64,000 nt of DNA from Candidatus Thorarchaeota archaeon (GTDB lineage Archaea > Asgardarchaeota > Thorarchaeia > Thorarchaeales > Thorarchaeaceae), in assembly GCA_004524445.1 (NCBI GenBank), contig SDNP01000002.1:32001-96000 (forward strand), written 5' to 3'. Shown here piece after piece: positions 50,680-60,088 of this stretch. The notes beneath the pieces were generated by a model. It did not search any database. It worked only from the letters and a program-made list of their open reading frames with translations, and was not told the DNA's origin. Numbering within the stretch: the first letter of the stretch is position 1; each line of letters begins with the position of its first letter. A program made the translations under genes and the position numbers.

Positions 50680-51903
50680 CTATATCAGCTGAGAAGTAAT
50701 TAGATTTAGCTGTTTTGAAAGCTTGTGAATGTCGGATATGGTATTATAGCCATGGAGAGAAACCTGAACCACGCCAGTATTGGAATATTTTTTGACTAAA
50801 AGTGATGTGCACAATAGGCCTGATCTTACAGCTATGTTGCTTTGATTCAGGAAAAGCGCAATGTCATGGCAGCTCACACCGCTATCTTCACCAATGTTGA
50901 AAATCACTGATACGTTTTCATCAGTTGGATTCCCATATAGGTTAAGTGATGGGATTTCATTTAGAGACTCTACTAGGTACTGGGACAGATTTTTCATGTG
51001 TTTTCGAAGACCTTTGTTTCGAAGACCTTCAGTATAATTGATTGCTTCATTAATGGCAGCAATATTTGACAATGGCAAGATGCCCGATTCAAATCTATCT
51101 GGAGGTAGAGCTGTTTCAAATGAGGATTCTTCAACAATCGAAACGGAGTTGGCTCCAAGAATTCCAGGCTTGATTCCACTCGCCATTTCTTTTGAAGTCC
51201 ATTGAATTGTAGTTTCTGGTGGTGCCATCAGGCCTCTATTGCTTGAGAAGAATGCGACATCAGCAAGAGAAGGAAAAGATATGTCTTCGGAGAATGCAAT
51301 TTCTCTACTTGCTTCTGTAAGAAAGAGAGCGTCCGACTCATGTGTGATCTTAGATATAGACTTCAGGGGGTTGCGTCTGTCGGTTCCAGGCACCCATTCA
51401 GATACGGCTACGATTCCTGTTCTATTGTTTGTGATTCTGTCAAGTTCCTGGATATCTAGAACTCCGTTCTCATCCGTCTGGATGATGTGCACGTCAATAT
51501 TTAGAATCTCAGCTACTCGTCTTAAGGGAATCATAACCGAATTGTGTTCTGCCTCTGATACAATTATCGAGTCCTTTTTTCCTGATTCCCAATTATAACC
51601 TAGGGCTACTGACGTGATTGCTGATGGTAGACTTCCGTGAAATGATATTTGGTTGTTATTACTACCAAGCATAGAGGCCAGTTGTTTCCTAGCGTCTTCA
51701 GCTATCTGTCCACCCTTAGCTGCAAGCTGGTATGCGCCTCTTCTGGACGAAACAGTGATTTTGCGCAAAAATTCTGACGATGCAGTGATAACAGTTTCGG
51801 GAACCAGTGTTGTACTGGAAGAGTCAAGATATACCAATTCTGGATTAGCTTGGAATATCGGAAAGTCTTCTCGTATATCTAGTTCGGGCATAATCTTATT
51901 CAT
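50680..51903 (-). CDS. SufS-like class V aminotransferase homologue, divergent
   Basis: IREDFP, YLDSS, EHNS, RFESG, VRSGLLC. Confidence 0.8.
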   Translation of the reverse strand: MNKIMPELDIREDFPIFQANPELVYLDSSSTTLVPETVITASSEFLRKITVSSRRGAYQLAAKGGQIAEDARKQLASMLGSNNNQISFHGSLPSAITSVALGYNWESGKKDSIIVSEAEHNSVMIPLRRVAEILNIDVHIIQTDENGVLDIQELDRITNNRTGIVAVSEWVPGTDRRNPLKSISKITHESDALFLTEASREIAFSEDISFPSLADVAFFSSNRGLMAPPETTIQWTSKEMASGIKPGILGANSVSIVEESSFETALPPDRFESGILPLSNIAAINEAINYTEGLRNKGLRKHMKNLSQYLVESLNEIPSLNLYGNPTDENVSVIFNIGEDSGVSCHDIALFLNQSNIAVRSGLLCTSLLVKKYSNTGVVQVSLHGYNTISDIHKLSKQLNLITSQLI

Positions 51904-51950
51904 TACCGGGCTGTCTTAACTCTGATGATTTAGCTTGGAGTTAGAGATGA

Positions 51951-52961
51951 ATGCATGGGAATATAATTGAAGGTGACTTTCTCGAGGTGCATAATGGAGA
52001 TATATTTGAAGTAAGAGGCTTAGTTCATCCTTCTGACGGGTACACTGCTTATGCGAGATATGTGAGAAGCACATATGGAGATAGGGTGTCAGTAGATGGG
52101 CGTACCTATAGGAAGTTATCGACACTACAGGAAAAAATGAGTTATGCCCAAAGGAGGACTCCATCCTACCTGCATTTTGACCCCCGCAAAGATAGAGTTG
52201 TTCAGGTTGTTCCAAAGAAGGATATTGTGCACATTCTAAGTCCGGCTGAACGTCTGAGAGAAATTAGTGAATGCAGTACGGTATCAGATTTAGAAAAAGA
52301 TGTGATTGATTTTTCAGCTAAATTGTCTACAAAAACGGGAATAAGCTTTGATAATATGGGGGTCATAGGATCGCCATTAGCTGGCCTAGCGCACTCGTCT
52401 TCCGATATTGATCTTATTATCTATGGTTATAAGACCGGGAGGAGGTTCTATACAAAAATGCGTGAGATTCTTTCTAATGAGGATGATGAATTAGAGAGGT
52501 ATTCAGGAAAAGGATTAGCTGAGCATACGCAATCTCGATGGGGAGAAAGGAGTAGTATGCCTGACCTTGAGAGGATTGAAGGAACAAAAGTCCTGCAGGG
52601 ACGATTTCGCTCTAGAGATTTTTTTATCCGTTTAGTTCCGAACAAATCGGAAGTTGGACATACATATGAAGATTATATCACAAAGTCATCAGGGCTTGTA
52701 TATAGAACTTGTAATATTGTTGACGATTACAAGGCAATCTTCACGCCCTGTGAATATTCTGTTGCCTGTGAAGAGGATCCGTTTTTGACCAAAATAGTAG
52801 GGTACCAGAGTAGATTTGCTGAATGCGCAAGTGAAGGAATGAGGGTGAAAGTATTTGGAAAGTTGGAATCTGTGATAAGTCAATTTTCTGGATTTCATAA
52901 ACAAATTGTCTTGGGAGGATATTCTCTGAACTCTTTCCTGCCAATTCGAGAGATGGACTAG
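51951..52961 (+). CDS. Pol-beta-family nucleotidyltransferase (COG1665-like)
   Basis: VRGLVHP, GVIGS..SDIDLIIYG. Confidence 0.8.
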   Translation: MHGNIIEGDFLEVHNGDIFEVRGLVHPSDGYTAYARYVRSTYGDRVSVDGRTYRKLSTLQEKMSYAQRRTPSYLHFDPRKDRVVQVVPKKDIVHILSPAERLREISECSTVSDLEKDVIDFSAKLSTKTGISFDNMGVIGSPLAGLAHSSSDIDLIIYGYKTGRRFYTKMREILSNEDDELERYSGKGLAEHTQSRWGERSSMPDLERIEGTKVLQGRFRSRDFFIRLVPNKSEVGHTYEDYITKSSGLVYRTCNIVDDYKAIFTPCEYSVACEEDPFLTKIVGYQSRFAECASEGMRVKVFGKLESVISQFSGFHKQIVLGGYSLNSFLPIREMD

Positions 52962-53019
52962 TTGGATACGGCCATCTTTCAATCATTCACTTTATCAACA
53001 CGGTTTCACAGTCACTATC

Positions 53020-53417
53020 TGTGAATGGCGCCATTTTTGTGAATATAATATGGCATAAGAACCCCATTTGTCTTTTTTTCATAATAGCAGCCCTCATAAC
53101 TCCGTTCATACATGTGAATAAAGACACCCCTTCGTTTCCACTGGAGATTAGTAATTAGAGATATGAATAACACTAGACCGTATTCACAAGGGTAATAACC
53201 ATGTGAATAGCACTTAAATTGGAGAAATATCCTTAAAACACCAAATAAGAGTTATGAGCGCTTTATATTTTTAAATAATATCAAAGAGGGGCAAAAATCT
53301 TCTAAATAATAGTTTAGAAGCTAATAAAGCTGTATCAGGTAATATCTTGACCTTATGTGTATATAGTGGATTCACATACTCACACTTATTTGGATTCTAA
53401 CGCTTCCAAATGTGAAT
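53020..53417. repeat. Seven TGTGAAT/ATTCACA heptamers
   Basis: Exact copies at 53020, 53038, 53113, 53182(rc), 53202, 53370(rc), 53411. Confidence 0.85.
53127..53146 (-). promoter_or_regulatory. Origin recognition box (ORB)
   Basis: CTCCAGTGGAAACGAAGGGG on minus strand, matching the canonical ORB with G-string. Confidence 0.8.
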
Positions 53418-53465
53418 CGGGTGCGCAGTACCCTTGGGTTTGAGTACCGATCATGGTGAATCACA

Positions 53466-54092
53466 GTGAGCGAAGAAATTCGAACAAATTACATCTACGA
53501 GTTCACCTATGGATCCGGACCAGGGATGAAAGAAATTTTTCGGTGCAAATATGTTTCGCCAGATGAAGCTCTAAAGCGTTTCAAAAAGATAGTATCAGTT
53601 ACAGAATCTCCCTTTGATTTCAAGATAGTAATATCTTCAGAAACTACTGGAGAAGAGTCTAGCTTTCAGGTCAAAGGCGATATCGATGAGATGATTCAAA
53701 AATTCAAAGTATTTCTAGAAACAAGCACGGGATATAGCTTTCCCGAAACCAAAATCGATGCATCATCGACAAGTTCGCCTGAGCTGGATTTCGAAGCTAT
53801 GAGCAATTATGAGAAGATGCAGGTTGTAATCTATGCATCATTTAAGCATGGGAAATTCTCTTCTCTTGATGTAGCTGAAATTTATGAAAGCACTTTCAAT
53901 GAGTCACTTCCAAAGAGTACAGCATCCACTTATCTTGCTAGGATGTGGGATGAGGGAGAAGGGCATCTGGAGAGATATGGAAATCGCTCGGGCTATACAT
54001 ATCGACTGAAGACCGAATTGAAAGAAACTCAAAGGGAAGTGGAGAGGTCTGAAGAAATTCTTTCAATGATTCACTTGCAAGTAGGCAAATAG
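53466..54092 (+). CDS. Protein with C-terminal winged helix-turn-helix
   Basis: FSSLDVAEIY..STASTYLARM..LERYGNRSGYTYRL. Confidence 0.75.
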   Translation: MSEEIRTNYIYEFTYGSGPGMKEIFRCKYVSPDEALKRFKKIVSVTESPFDFKIVISSETTGEESSFQVKGDIDEMIQKFKVFLETSTGYSFPETKIDASSTSSPELDFEAMSNYEKMQVVIYASFKHGKFSSLDVAEIYESTFNESLPKSTASTYLARMWDEGEGHLERYGNRSGYTYRLKTELKETQREVERSEEILSMIHLQVGK

Positions 54093-54132
54093 ACTCGACT
54101 TCAGTTCTCTGCTCAGCTTTTATCTCCATATA

Positions 54133-55446
54133 CTACAGTTCTGTTGTTCTTTCTTTGAGTTCAATCCCAAGTTCTTTAAGCTCCGATAGAATTGGCTCGT
54201 AGATTTGTGGAAGAATGGGTCGATGTACTCCCCTAGCCTCGATTTCGCCCTGTAGAATTAGTCTAGTTGCAATAGCCACTGGCAATGCTACGGTTCTAGA
54301 CATAGAGGTATCACCGTCGGGGATGCCATAATCAATCAAGGTAGATGTTATCTTCTCTTTCTTATCTGGGTACTGAGCTACGAACTCATGATGCATCACA
54401 ATCATATCTCGTTCACCACTAGCATACTGCAGTTTCTCTTCGAATAAATTGCATAGAGCATCAAGGTATGTATTCCGTTCATCAGGTACTATTTCTTGAG
54501 AAAATAATCCAAGCCAATCAAGTCGTTCGATAACTGGATCCGAGGGTTCTAGATCCAATTTCTTGGCAACAGCGTTTCTTGGAGTTCTGTCCTGAGGAAG
54601 CATTTGCTGAATCATCTCACTGTATGTTATGCCAGATAATTCTCGTTCAGTCAGGTCTAGAAGACCCAGATCAGCAATTGCTTGAATCGTATTACACCAG
54701 CCAGGATATCTCAATGTACCCCTCAACATTGTTTCCACTTCGTTAATATCGTAGATATCAATGTAGGAGAGGCTATCTCGATTGGGATAACCTTCGAATT
54801 CACCCATTTCGGGAATCTCCATGGTTTTGCAATTATTGAACAACTCTGAACCAGGAATGGTTACCTCTTCGCCATCCTGCAAGAATTGAGCATCATTTCG
54901 CCCGGCAAGTAGGACACCGCGAGGACTCCATGATAGCTTGTAGCCAAATGGATTATCATTTGCTTCTGGAGCGGGCAGGCCACCAGTAAAGGAAGTGAAA
55001 CTGATTATCCTGCCATCCTGGTCATGAATTTCATCGATGATTTTTTGTGCACTCATATGGTCAATGCCAGGATCTACACCGCACTCATTAAGAAGAATAA
55101 CATCAGCTTCCTTTGCGGTTTTATCCAGCTCCTGCATCTCGTCCGAAATATAAGAAGTGGTACAGAAGTGTTTGTTGTTCTCAATTGCCACTTTTGCTGC
55201 CTTAACATGATAGGTATATGGAAGAAGAGAGCATACCAAATCAGATTTGTTTACGAGTTCTTGAAGAAGCTCATCATTATCTTTTATATTGAATTGAACA
55301 GCCTCTGCACTCTGGCAGCCCTGAATTAGTCCTTCAGCCTTCTCTTTTGTCCGACTAGCAACAATGACATGATATCCTCTTTTACATAGATATTGAACAT
55401 AGGGCCGGGCAACGAGACCCGCGCCCAAACATAGAACAGTCTTCAT
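54133..55446 (-). CDS. Saccharopine dehydrogenase (Lys9/SDH type)
   Basis: LGAGLV, GVDPGIDH, GGLP, YKLSWSP, YPNRDS, RGTLRY. Confidence 0.93.
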   Translation of the reverse strand: MKTVLCLGAGLVARPYVQYLCKRGYHVIVASRTKEKAEGLIQGCQSAEAVQFNIKDNDELLQELVNKSDLVCSLLPYTYHVKAAKVAIENNKHFCTTSYISDEMQELDKTAKEADVILLNECGVDPGIDHMSAQKIIDEIHDQDGRIISFTSFTGGLPAPEANDNPFGYKLSWSPRGVLLAGRNDAQFLQDGEEVTIPGSELFNNCKTMEIPEMGEFEGYPNRDSLSYIDIYDINEVETMLRGTLRYPGWCNTIQAIADLGLLDLTERELSGITYSEMIQQMLPQDRTPRNAVAKKLDLEPSDPVIERLDWLGLFSQEIVPDERNTYLDALCNLFEEKLQYASGERDMIVMHHEFVAQYPDKKEKITSTLIDYGIPDGDTSMSRTVALPVAIATRLILQGEIEARGVHRPILPQIYEPILSELKELGIELKERTTEL

Positions 55447-55453
55447 AGTTTAT

Positions 55454-56761
55454 TCACCTGTTGAGGTATTTGTTTAGATACGTGTATTGTTCAGTGAGAG
55501 AGCCTCGGTAGACAATTATTGCGTCTTTTAGCTCTCTGCAGAGATCAAGTTTGTTGAATTCGACAGTAAAATCTGTTTCTGCCAAAGGCGGAATAAAATC
55601 CAATAGGGTTTCACTGAATGAGGTTGATGACTCTATCGGCAATTCACATGGCAGGTTATCAACCGCCATGATTACAGGCCCCTCTGTTGTGATACTCGGG
55701 TCTGCTGTTTTTGTTTCTATATTGTACGTGAAGGCAGGTTCATCGGGCTTGGTGCATTTGACAGTGAATTCAATGGCACCTTCAATGTCACATGAGATGT
55801 CGCCAAGTACAATGAGCTTATGTTTTGTCTTCGACCAGTAATTCTCAATGAAGTCCTTGGTTAACAAGCGGGGGTATTTCGGAGACCAATAGATGCAGTT
55901 CATCAACACGGTAAGGTATTTCGCATGTTCATGAAATATTCCATGATATTTGTCGAGTCCATGAGCGTAGTAATCTTGAAGATCGAAATCTCCCCCATCA
56001 TTAGAGACCACCATGTCTTTCTCCTTGAAAACACATTTGTACAATATGTCGAATCTTTCCGGCAGAGATGGCAAATCCTCTGGTGATACTACCTCATGGG
56101 GCAAGATATCAAAAATCCTCTGAGCTCCTTGTGATACATTACCGTAGCCTGCAAATCCGACAATGAAAGGAGCAATCTCTTTGGGAAGACCTTTTTCTTG
56201 AATTCGTTTCGCTATTTTTCTGAATTCCGTTTCTATACCTGAAACTCCATCAGACTCCAATGTAGGTTTCAATCCGTGAAATGGATTAGGATGAATGTCT
56301 TCCATCTTGAGTCGTTTGCCAAGTACCCTGAATGTATCTGAAATGCCAGCCATTCCAGCCCAATTTCCGAAGTATACTAGTCTCCTACCCTCATCGTTCA
56401 CTATAAGTTCATAATCAAGAAGAGTTGCACCTTCATCAAGTAATCTCGCAAGCATGGGCATATTATGACTCTGACCTTTGATTGTATGACTGAAGAAAAG
56501 GTGTACCTTGTTAGGTTGAAAGAAATTTTCTGGCATCTCTTTTATACCAAGTATTATTTTCGGTTCCTCACCATCTAAGGGCCCTATCTCCGCTCCGGCT
56601 TCGAGATACATCTGTTCATCGAACACCCTCAGATTACTAGGTTCAACTATGAAGTCAATGCCGTGATTTTGGTGTAGCTGTTTTGCATGACCGGGTATAA
56701 GAGGTGCCCGAGCCTCAAAGGCCTTTTCTTCTTTTCTGATCCCAATTTTGTTCACAAACAA
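55454..56761 (-). CDS. Lysine-ketoglutarate reductase (LKR type)
   Basis: EARAPL, FFSHTIKGQ, DYE, GYGNVSQGA, DISCD, VDNLP. Confidence 0.88.
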   Translation of the reverse strand: MFVNKIGIRKEEKAFEARAPLIPGHAKQLHQNHGIDFIVEPSNLRVFDEQMYLEAGAEIGPLDGEEPKIILGIKEMPENFFQPNKVHLFFSHTIKGQSHNMPMLARLLDEGATLLDYELIVNDEGRRLVYFGNWAGMAGISDTFRVLGKRLKMEDIHPNPFHGLKPTLESDGVSGIETEFRKIAKRIQEKGLPKEIAPFIVGFAGYGNVSQGAQRIFDILPHEVVSPEDLPSLPERFDILYKCVFKEKDMVVSNDGGDFDLQDYYAHGLDKYHGIFHEHAKYLTVLMNCIYWSPKYPRLLTKDFIENYWSKTKHKLIVLGDISCDIEGAIEFTVKCTKPDEPAFTYNIETKTADPSITTEGPVIMAVDNLPCELPIESSTSFSETLLDFIPPLAETDFTVEFNKLDLCRELKDAIIVYRGSLTEQYTYLNKYLNR

Positions 56762-56892
56762 GCCTCCTGAATAGAAGTTTTCCTCGGTCCGAACGGGTGA
56801 GCGACCCTACTTGTCCTTTAAGCTTTCCATCGAGGAGTCATATTACAAACTAAGAAATTGAGAACATGTGTTCTAGTTTCTAGTGAAAGTTC

Positions 56893-57183
56893 TTGGCATA
56901 TTTGTACATCTATGATTGTGTTGCGGCCAGAGAGAGCAACGCCAGAAGAGTGTCCTTCACAAAGGAGCTCTACGGATTCACCTATTCCTGGAAGACCAAA
57001 TCAGGTATGAAGACGAAAAGAAAGATTGGACTCATTGAGGAGTGTATGGGAGCTGAGCCAGTCACAGACTCTGCCATTCTAGTCCCCGATAGCTGCAAGG
57101 ATCAATTTGACGAACTCTTTGTATATTATCGGGATATACTAAAAATCAAAATCTTCAAAGTGGAGTCAGAAGTATATTTGTAA
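56893..57183 (+). CDS. Small Cas2/VapD-like ferredoxin-fold protein, no CRISPR context
   Basis: YLYIYD..RR..F.KELYG..DSAILVP pattern. Confidence 0.55.
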   Translation: MAYLYIYDCVAARESNARRVSFTKELYGFTYSWKTKSGMKTKRKIGLIEECMGAEPVTDSAILVPDSCKDQFDELFVYYRDILKIKIFKVESEVYL

Positions 57184-57211
57184 TACAAATAATACATTTT
57201 TGTAGGAACAA

Positions 57212-57441
57212 TAGAACACGTGTTCTAAATCTAACCAGACCCCATTATTTCCAGTGGAAGACAATATAAATTACAAAGAAGATAATTAGTAAAGTATAAA
57301 TAGTAGTATATGTACCCCGATATTATCTCCATTTCTATATATATCATACAACGGGTTCCTGGATCCTCATCCATTTCTATACTTCCAGTGGAAACGAGGG
57401 GGTATATTAGCCAGCGAATATTAACTAGAACACGTGTTCTA
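57212..57441. other. Candidate replication origin (oriC)
   Basis: Inverted ORBs at 57240-57260(-) and 57382-57402(+) flank an AT-rich ~120-bp core. Confidence 0.8.
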
Positions 57442-57526
57442 AGTACTATTCCAGTACCACAACACTGATAGACGATATGAGTGTCGCTGAAATTGTTGGC
57501 ATGATATGCCTTTGGAGAATTAGGTC

Positions 57527-59422
57527 ATGACAAAACCGAAGGACTTGTTGGAAGATAATCCTGGTAAGAGTATTCTATTATTGGCAAACGAAGCCATTGC
57601 AAGGGGAACTCTTGAGGCTGGAGTTAGACTAGTCGCATTGTATCCTGGGACGCCCAGTAGTGAAATTGGAAATAATCTCACCTTCATGGCGCCACATATC
57701 CCGAACTTCTACTTTGAATTCAGCACGAACGAAAAGGTGGCTATGGAGGTTGCTGGTTCTGCTGCAGTAGCCGGGGTTCGCTCAATGATGGTCTGCAAGG
57801 GACCGGGTCTCAATGTAGCAGCAGACCCGTTTTTCTCCTTGGCCTATGTTGGTGTCCGAGGGGGAATGGTTATCGTTGTTGCAGACGACCCCAGTATGTG
57901 GAGTTCACAGAATGAAAATGACAGTCGGTATTATGCACTGATGGGTAATATGCCCATGATGGAACCCTCAGATCCTGCAGAGGCAAAATCAATGCTTCTT
58001 GAAGCCTACAAATTTTCAGAGAGTCTAGAGCTTCCGGTATTATTTAGGACCACAACTCGTGTAAATCATACTCGTGCCCCTGTAGTATTGGGGCCCATTG
58101 AGGATCGGCCAGATAAAGTGGAATTCGAAAAAGAACCAACTCGATTTGTTCCAGTTCCCTCTGTTGCACGACAACGTCATCCCTGGTTGTTGAAACAAAT
58201 AGACGCCGCAAGAGAATTGTCGGAACAAAGCGAACTGAATTTCGCCGTCGGCGAGGGTGACCTCGGAATCATTACTAGCGGGGTCTCGTACAATTATGTA
58301 ATGGAATCACTTACCCGACTAAATACTAAAGCAGAAATTCTCAAACTTGGCATTACTCATCCTGTACCCGAACGGAAGATCATCGAGTTTCTGAAGCGCC
58401 ATGAGAGCGTTGCTGTGGTGGAAGAGTTAGAACCCTTCATCGAGACTCATGCTCGTCGACTGTCTAATCTACATGACCTATCCAATGTTGAAATTCTAGG
58501 AAAGGAACAAGGATACTTCCCAAGAGTGTATGAATACACTCCCAAAATAGTTACCGAAGGACTAGCAAAAATACTAGACAAAGAATTACCCGTAGATTGG
58601 AAGCATTTAGATACACTCAGCGAAGAGATTCCTGATCTCCCTCCGCGACCACCTCTGTTGTGTGCCGGCTGTCCGCACCGAGCGTCATATTTTGCTATCA
58701 GAACCGCCACTCGCGGAAAAGCAATCTATCCATCTGACATAGGATGCTATACACTTAGCATTGCACCACCATTAGAAACCGCCGACATATTGTTTGACAT
58801 GGGGTCTTCTATCAGCACAGCATGTGGATTATCTCAAGTGACTGGACAAGAAGTTGTTGCGAGTATTGGAGATAGTACTTTCTTTGCTTCAGGTCTGCCT
58901 GGCATCGTCAATGCCGTATATAATGGCCATCCGATTAGCCTAGTAGTCCTTGATAACCGAACGACAGCCATGACTGGTCATCAACCACACCCGGGGACAG
59001 GAGTCACCGGTATGCAGGAGAAGGTTGAACCACTAGACATTGAAGGAGTCTGCAAGGGACTGGGTGTCAAATACACCAAAACAGTGGACCCCTTTGAGCC
59101 ACTTGCCGATCTTGTGGCTGAAGTACGTAAAATGGTTGAATGGGTCAGGGAGAATAAGGCACCGGCTGTCCTAGTATCCAAAGCACCATGTGCTTTACTC
59201 ACGGCTGCAGAACGACGTCGAACCCAAGAGCAACCAGAGCCATACTTTGTGGATTCGGAGATGTGTACAGGATGCAAACGATGTCTCAACAGATTTGCCT
59301 GTCCTGCTATGTATTGGGACTCAGAAACAGAGAAGGCTGCCATTGATGAAACACTCTGTAATCTATGTGGGAGTTGTGTATCTGTCTGTCCTCAAGGGGC
59401 CATAGTACAGAAGGAGGAATGA
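57527..59422 (+). CDS. iorA: Indolepyruvate:ferredoxin oxidoreductase alpha
   Basis: YPGTPSSE, NEKVA, CAGCPHR, DIGCY, TAMTG, two 4Fe-4S motifs. Confidence 0.95.
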   Translation: MTKPKDLLEDNPGKSILLLANEAIARGTLEAGVRLVALYPGTPSSEIGNNLTFMAPHIPNFYFEFSTNEKVAMEVAGSAAVAGVRSMMVCKGPGLNVAADPFFSLAYVGVRGGMVIVVADDPSMWSSQNENDSRYYALMGNMPMMEPSDPAEAKSMLLEAYKFSESLELPVLFRTTTRVNHTRAPVVLGPIEDRPDKVEFEKEPTRFVPVPSVARQRHPWLLKQIDAARELSEQSELNFAVGEGDLGIITSGVSYNYVMESLTRLNTKAEILKLGITHPVPERKIIEFLKRHESVAVVEELEPFIETHARRLSNLHDLSNVEILGKEQGYFPRVYEYTPKIVTEGLAKILDKELPVDWKHLDTLSEEIPDLPPRPPLLCAGCPHRASYFAIRTATRGKAIYPSDIGCYTLSIAPPLETADILFDMGSSISTACGLSQVTGQEVVASIGDSTFFASGLPGIVNAVYNGHPISLVVLDNRTTAMTGHQPHPGTGVTGMQEKVEPLDIEGVCKGLGVKYTKTVDPFEPLADLVAEVRKMVEWVRENKAPAVLVSKAPCALLTAAERRRTQEQPEPYFVDSEMCTGCKRCLNRFACPAMYWDSETEKAAIDETLCNLCGSCVSVCPQGAIVQKEE

Positions 59423-59425
59423 AAA

Positions 59426-60037
59426 ATGAGTGGTAATACTAGTAATACAGACACTGTTGATATTGTAATCTCTGGCGTTGGAGGACAGGGAGTCTTGACC
59501 CTGGCAGAAATCTTGGCGAAGGCAGCACTAGCCGAGTCCAAAAATGTTAGAGTTGGAGAAATACATGGGATGGCTCAACGTGGGGGTCACGTCATCTGTA
59601 CAGTTCGTATCGGACCTGATGTAAGTGGACCTATTGTTGATCCCGGTACAGCAGACATCTTAGTTGGTTTCGAACCAATTGAAACGCTGCGAGAGATAGA
59701 AAGCATAAGTAAGGACGGCAAAGTACTCATGAACTCAAATGTCCTTCATCCCGTAGCAGTATCAATGGGCAAAGCTGAATATCCAAAACATGCTGACATT
59801 GTAGAATCGATTAAACCATTCACCAAGAATCTCATACAATTTAATGCAATGAACCTTGCAAAGGAAGCGGGTAGTGATAGGGCAATGAATATGGTCATGT
59901 TTGGTGCAGTCATTGCACTTAACCTCACAGGCATATCAACAAACACAGCAAAGAAGACCATTAGAAACACATTCCCCGGGCGCTATGAGGACATCAACAT
60001 CCGCGCTTTCGAATCTGGAATGAAGCAAATCAATTAA
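59426..60037 (+). CDS. iorB: Indolepyruvate:ferredoxin oxidoreductase beta
   Basis: GVGGQG, HGMAQRGG. Confidence 0.93.
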   Translation: MSGNTSNTDTVDIVISGVGGQGVLTLAEILAKAALAESKNVRVGEIHGMAQRGGHVICTVRIGPDVSGPIVDPGTADILVGFEPIETLREIESISKDGKVLMNSNVLHPVAVSMGKAEYPKHADIVESIKPFTKNLIQFNAMNLAKEAGSDRAMNMVMFGAVIALNLTGISTNTAKKTIRNTFPGRYEDINIRAFESGMKQIN

Positions 60038-60088
60038 TAGCACCAAACATCTGTTCAGGACCAGATAATTTTTGTATTATTTGTAATA

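Larger units (their letters stand above)
56860..57441. repeat. Three copies of 16-bp palindrome TAGAACACGTGTTCTA
   Basis: 57212-57227 and 57426-57441 perfect; 56860-56875 GAGAACATGTGTTCTA. Confidence 0.9.

Noticed and set aside
56893-57526. CRISPR locus near the Cas2-like gene
   Set aside because: No regularly spaced repeat-spacer array or other cas genes
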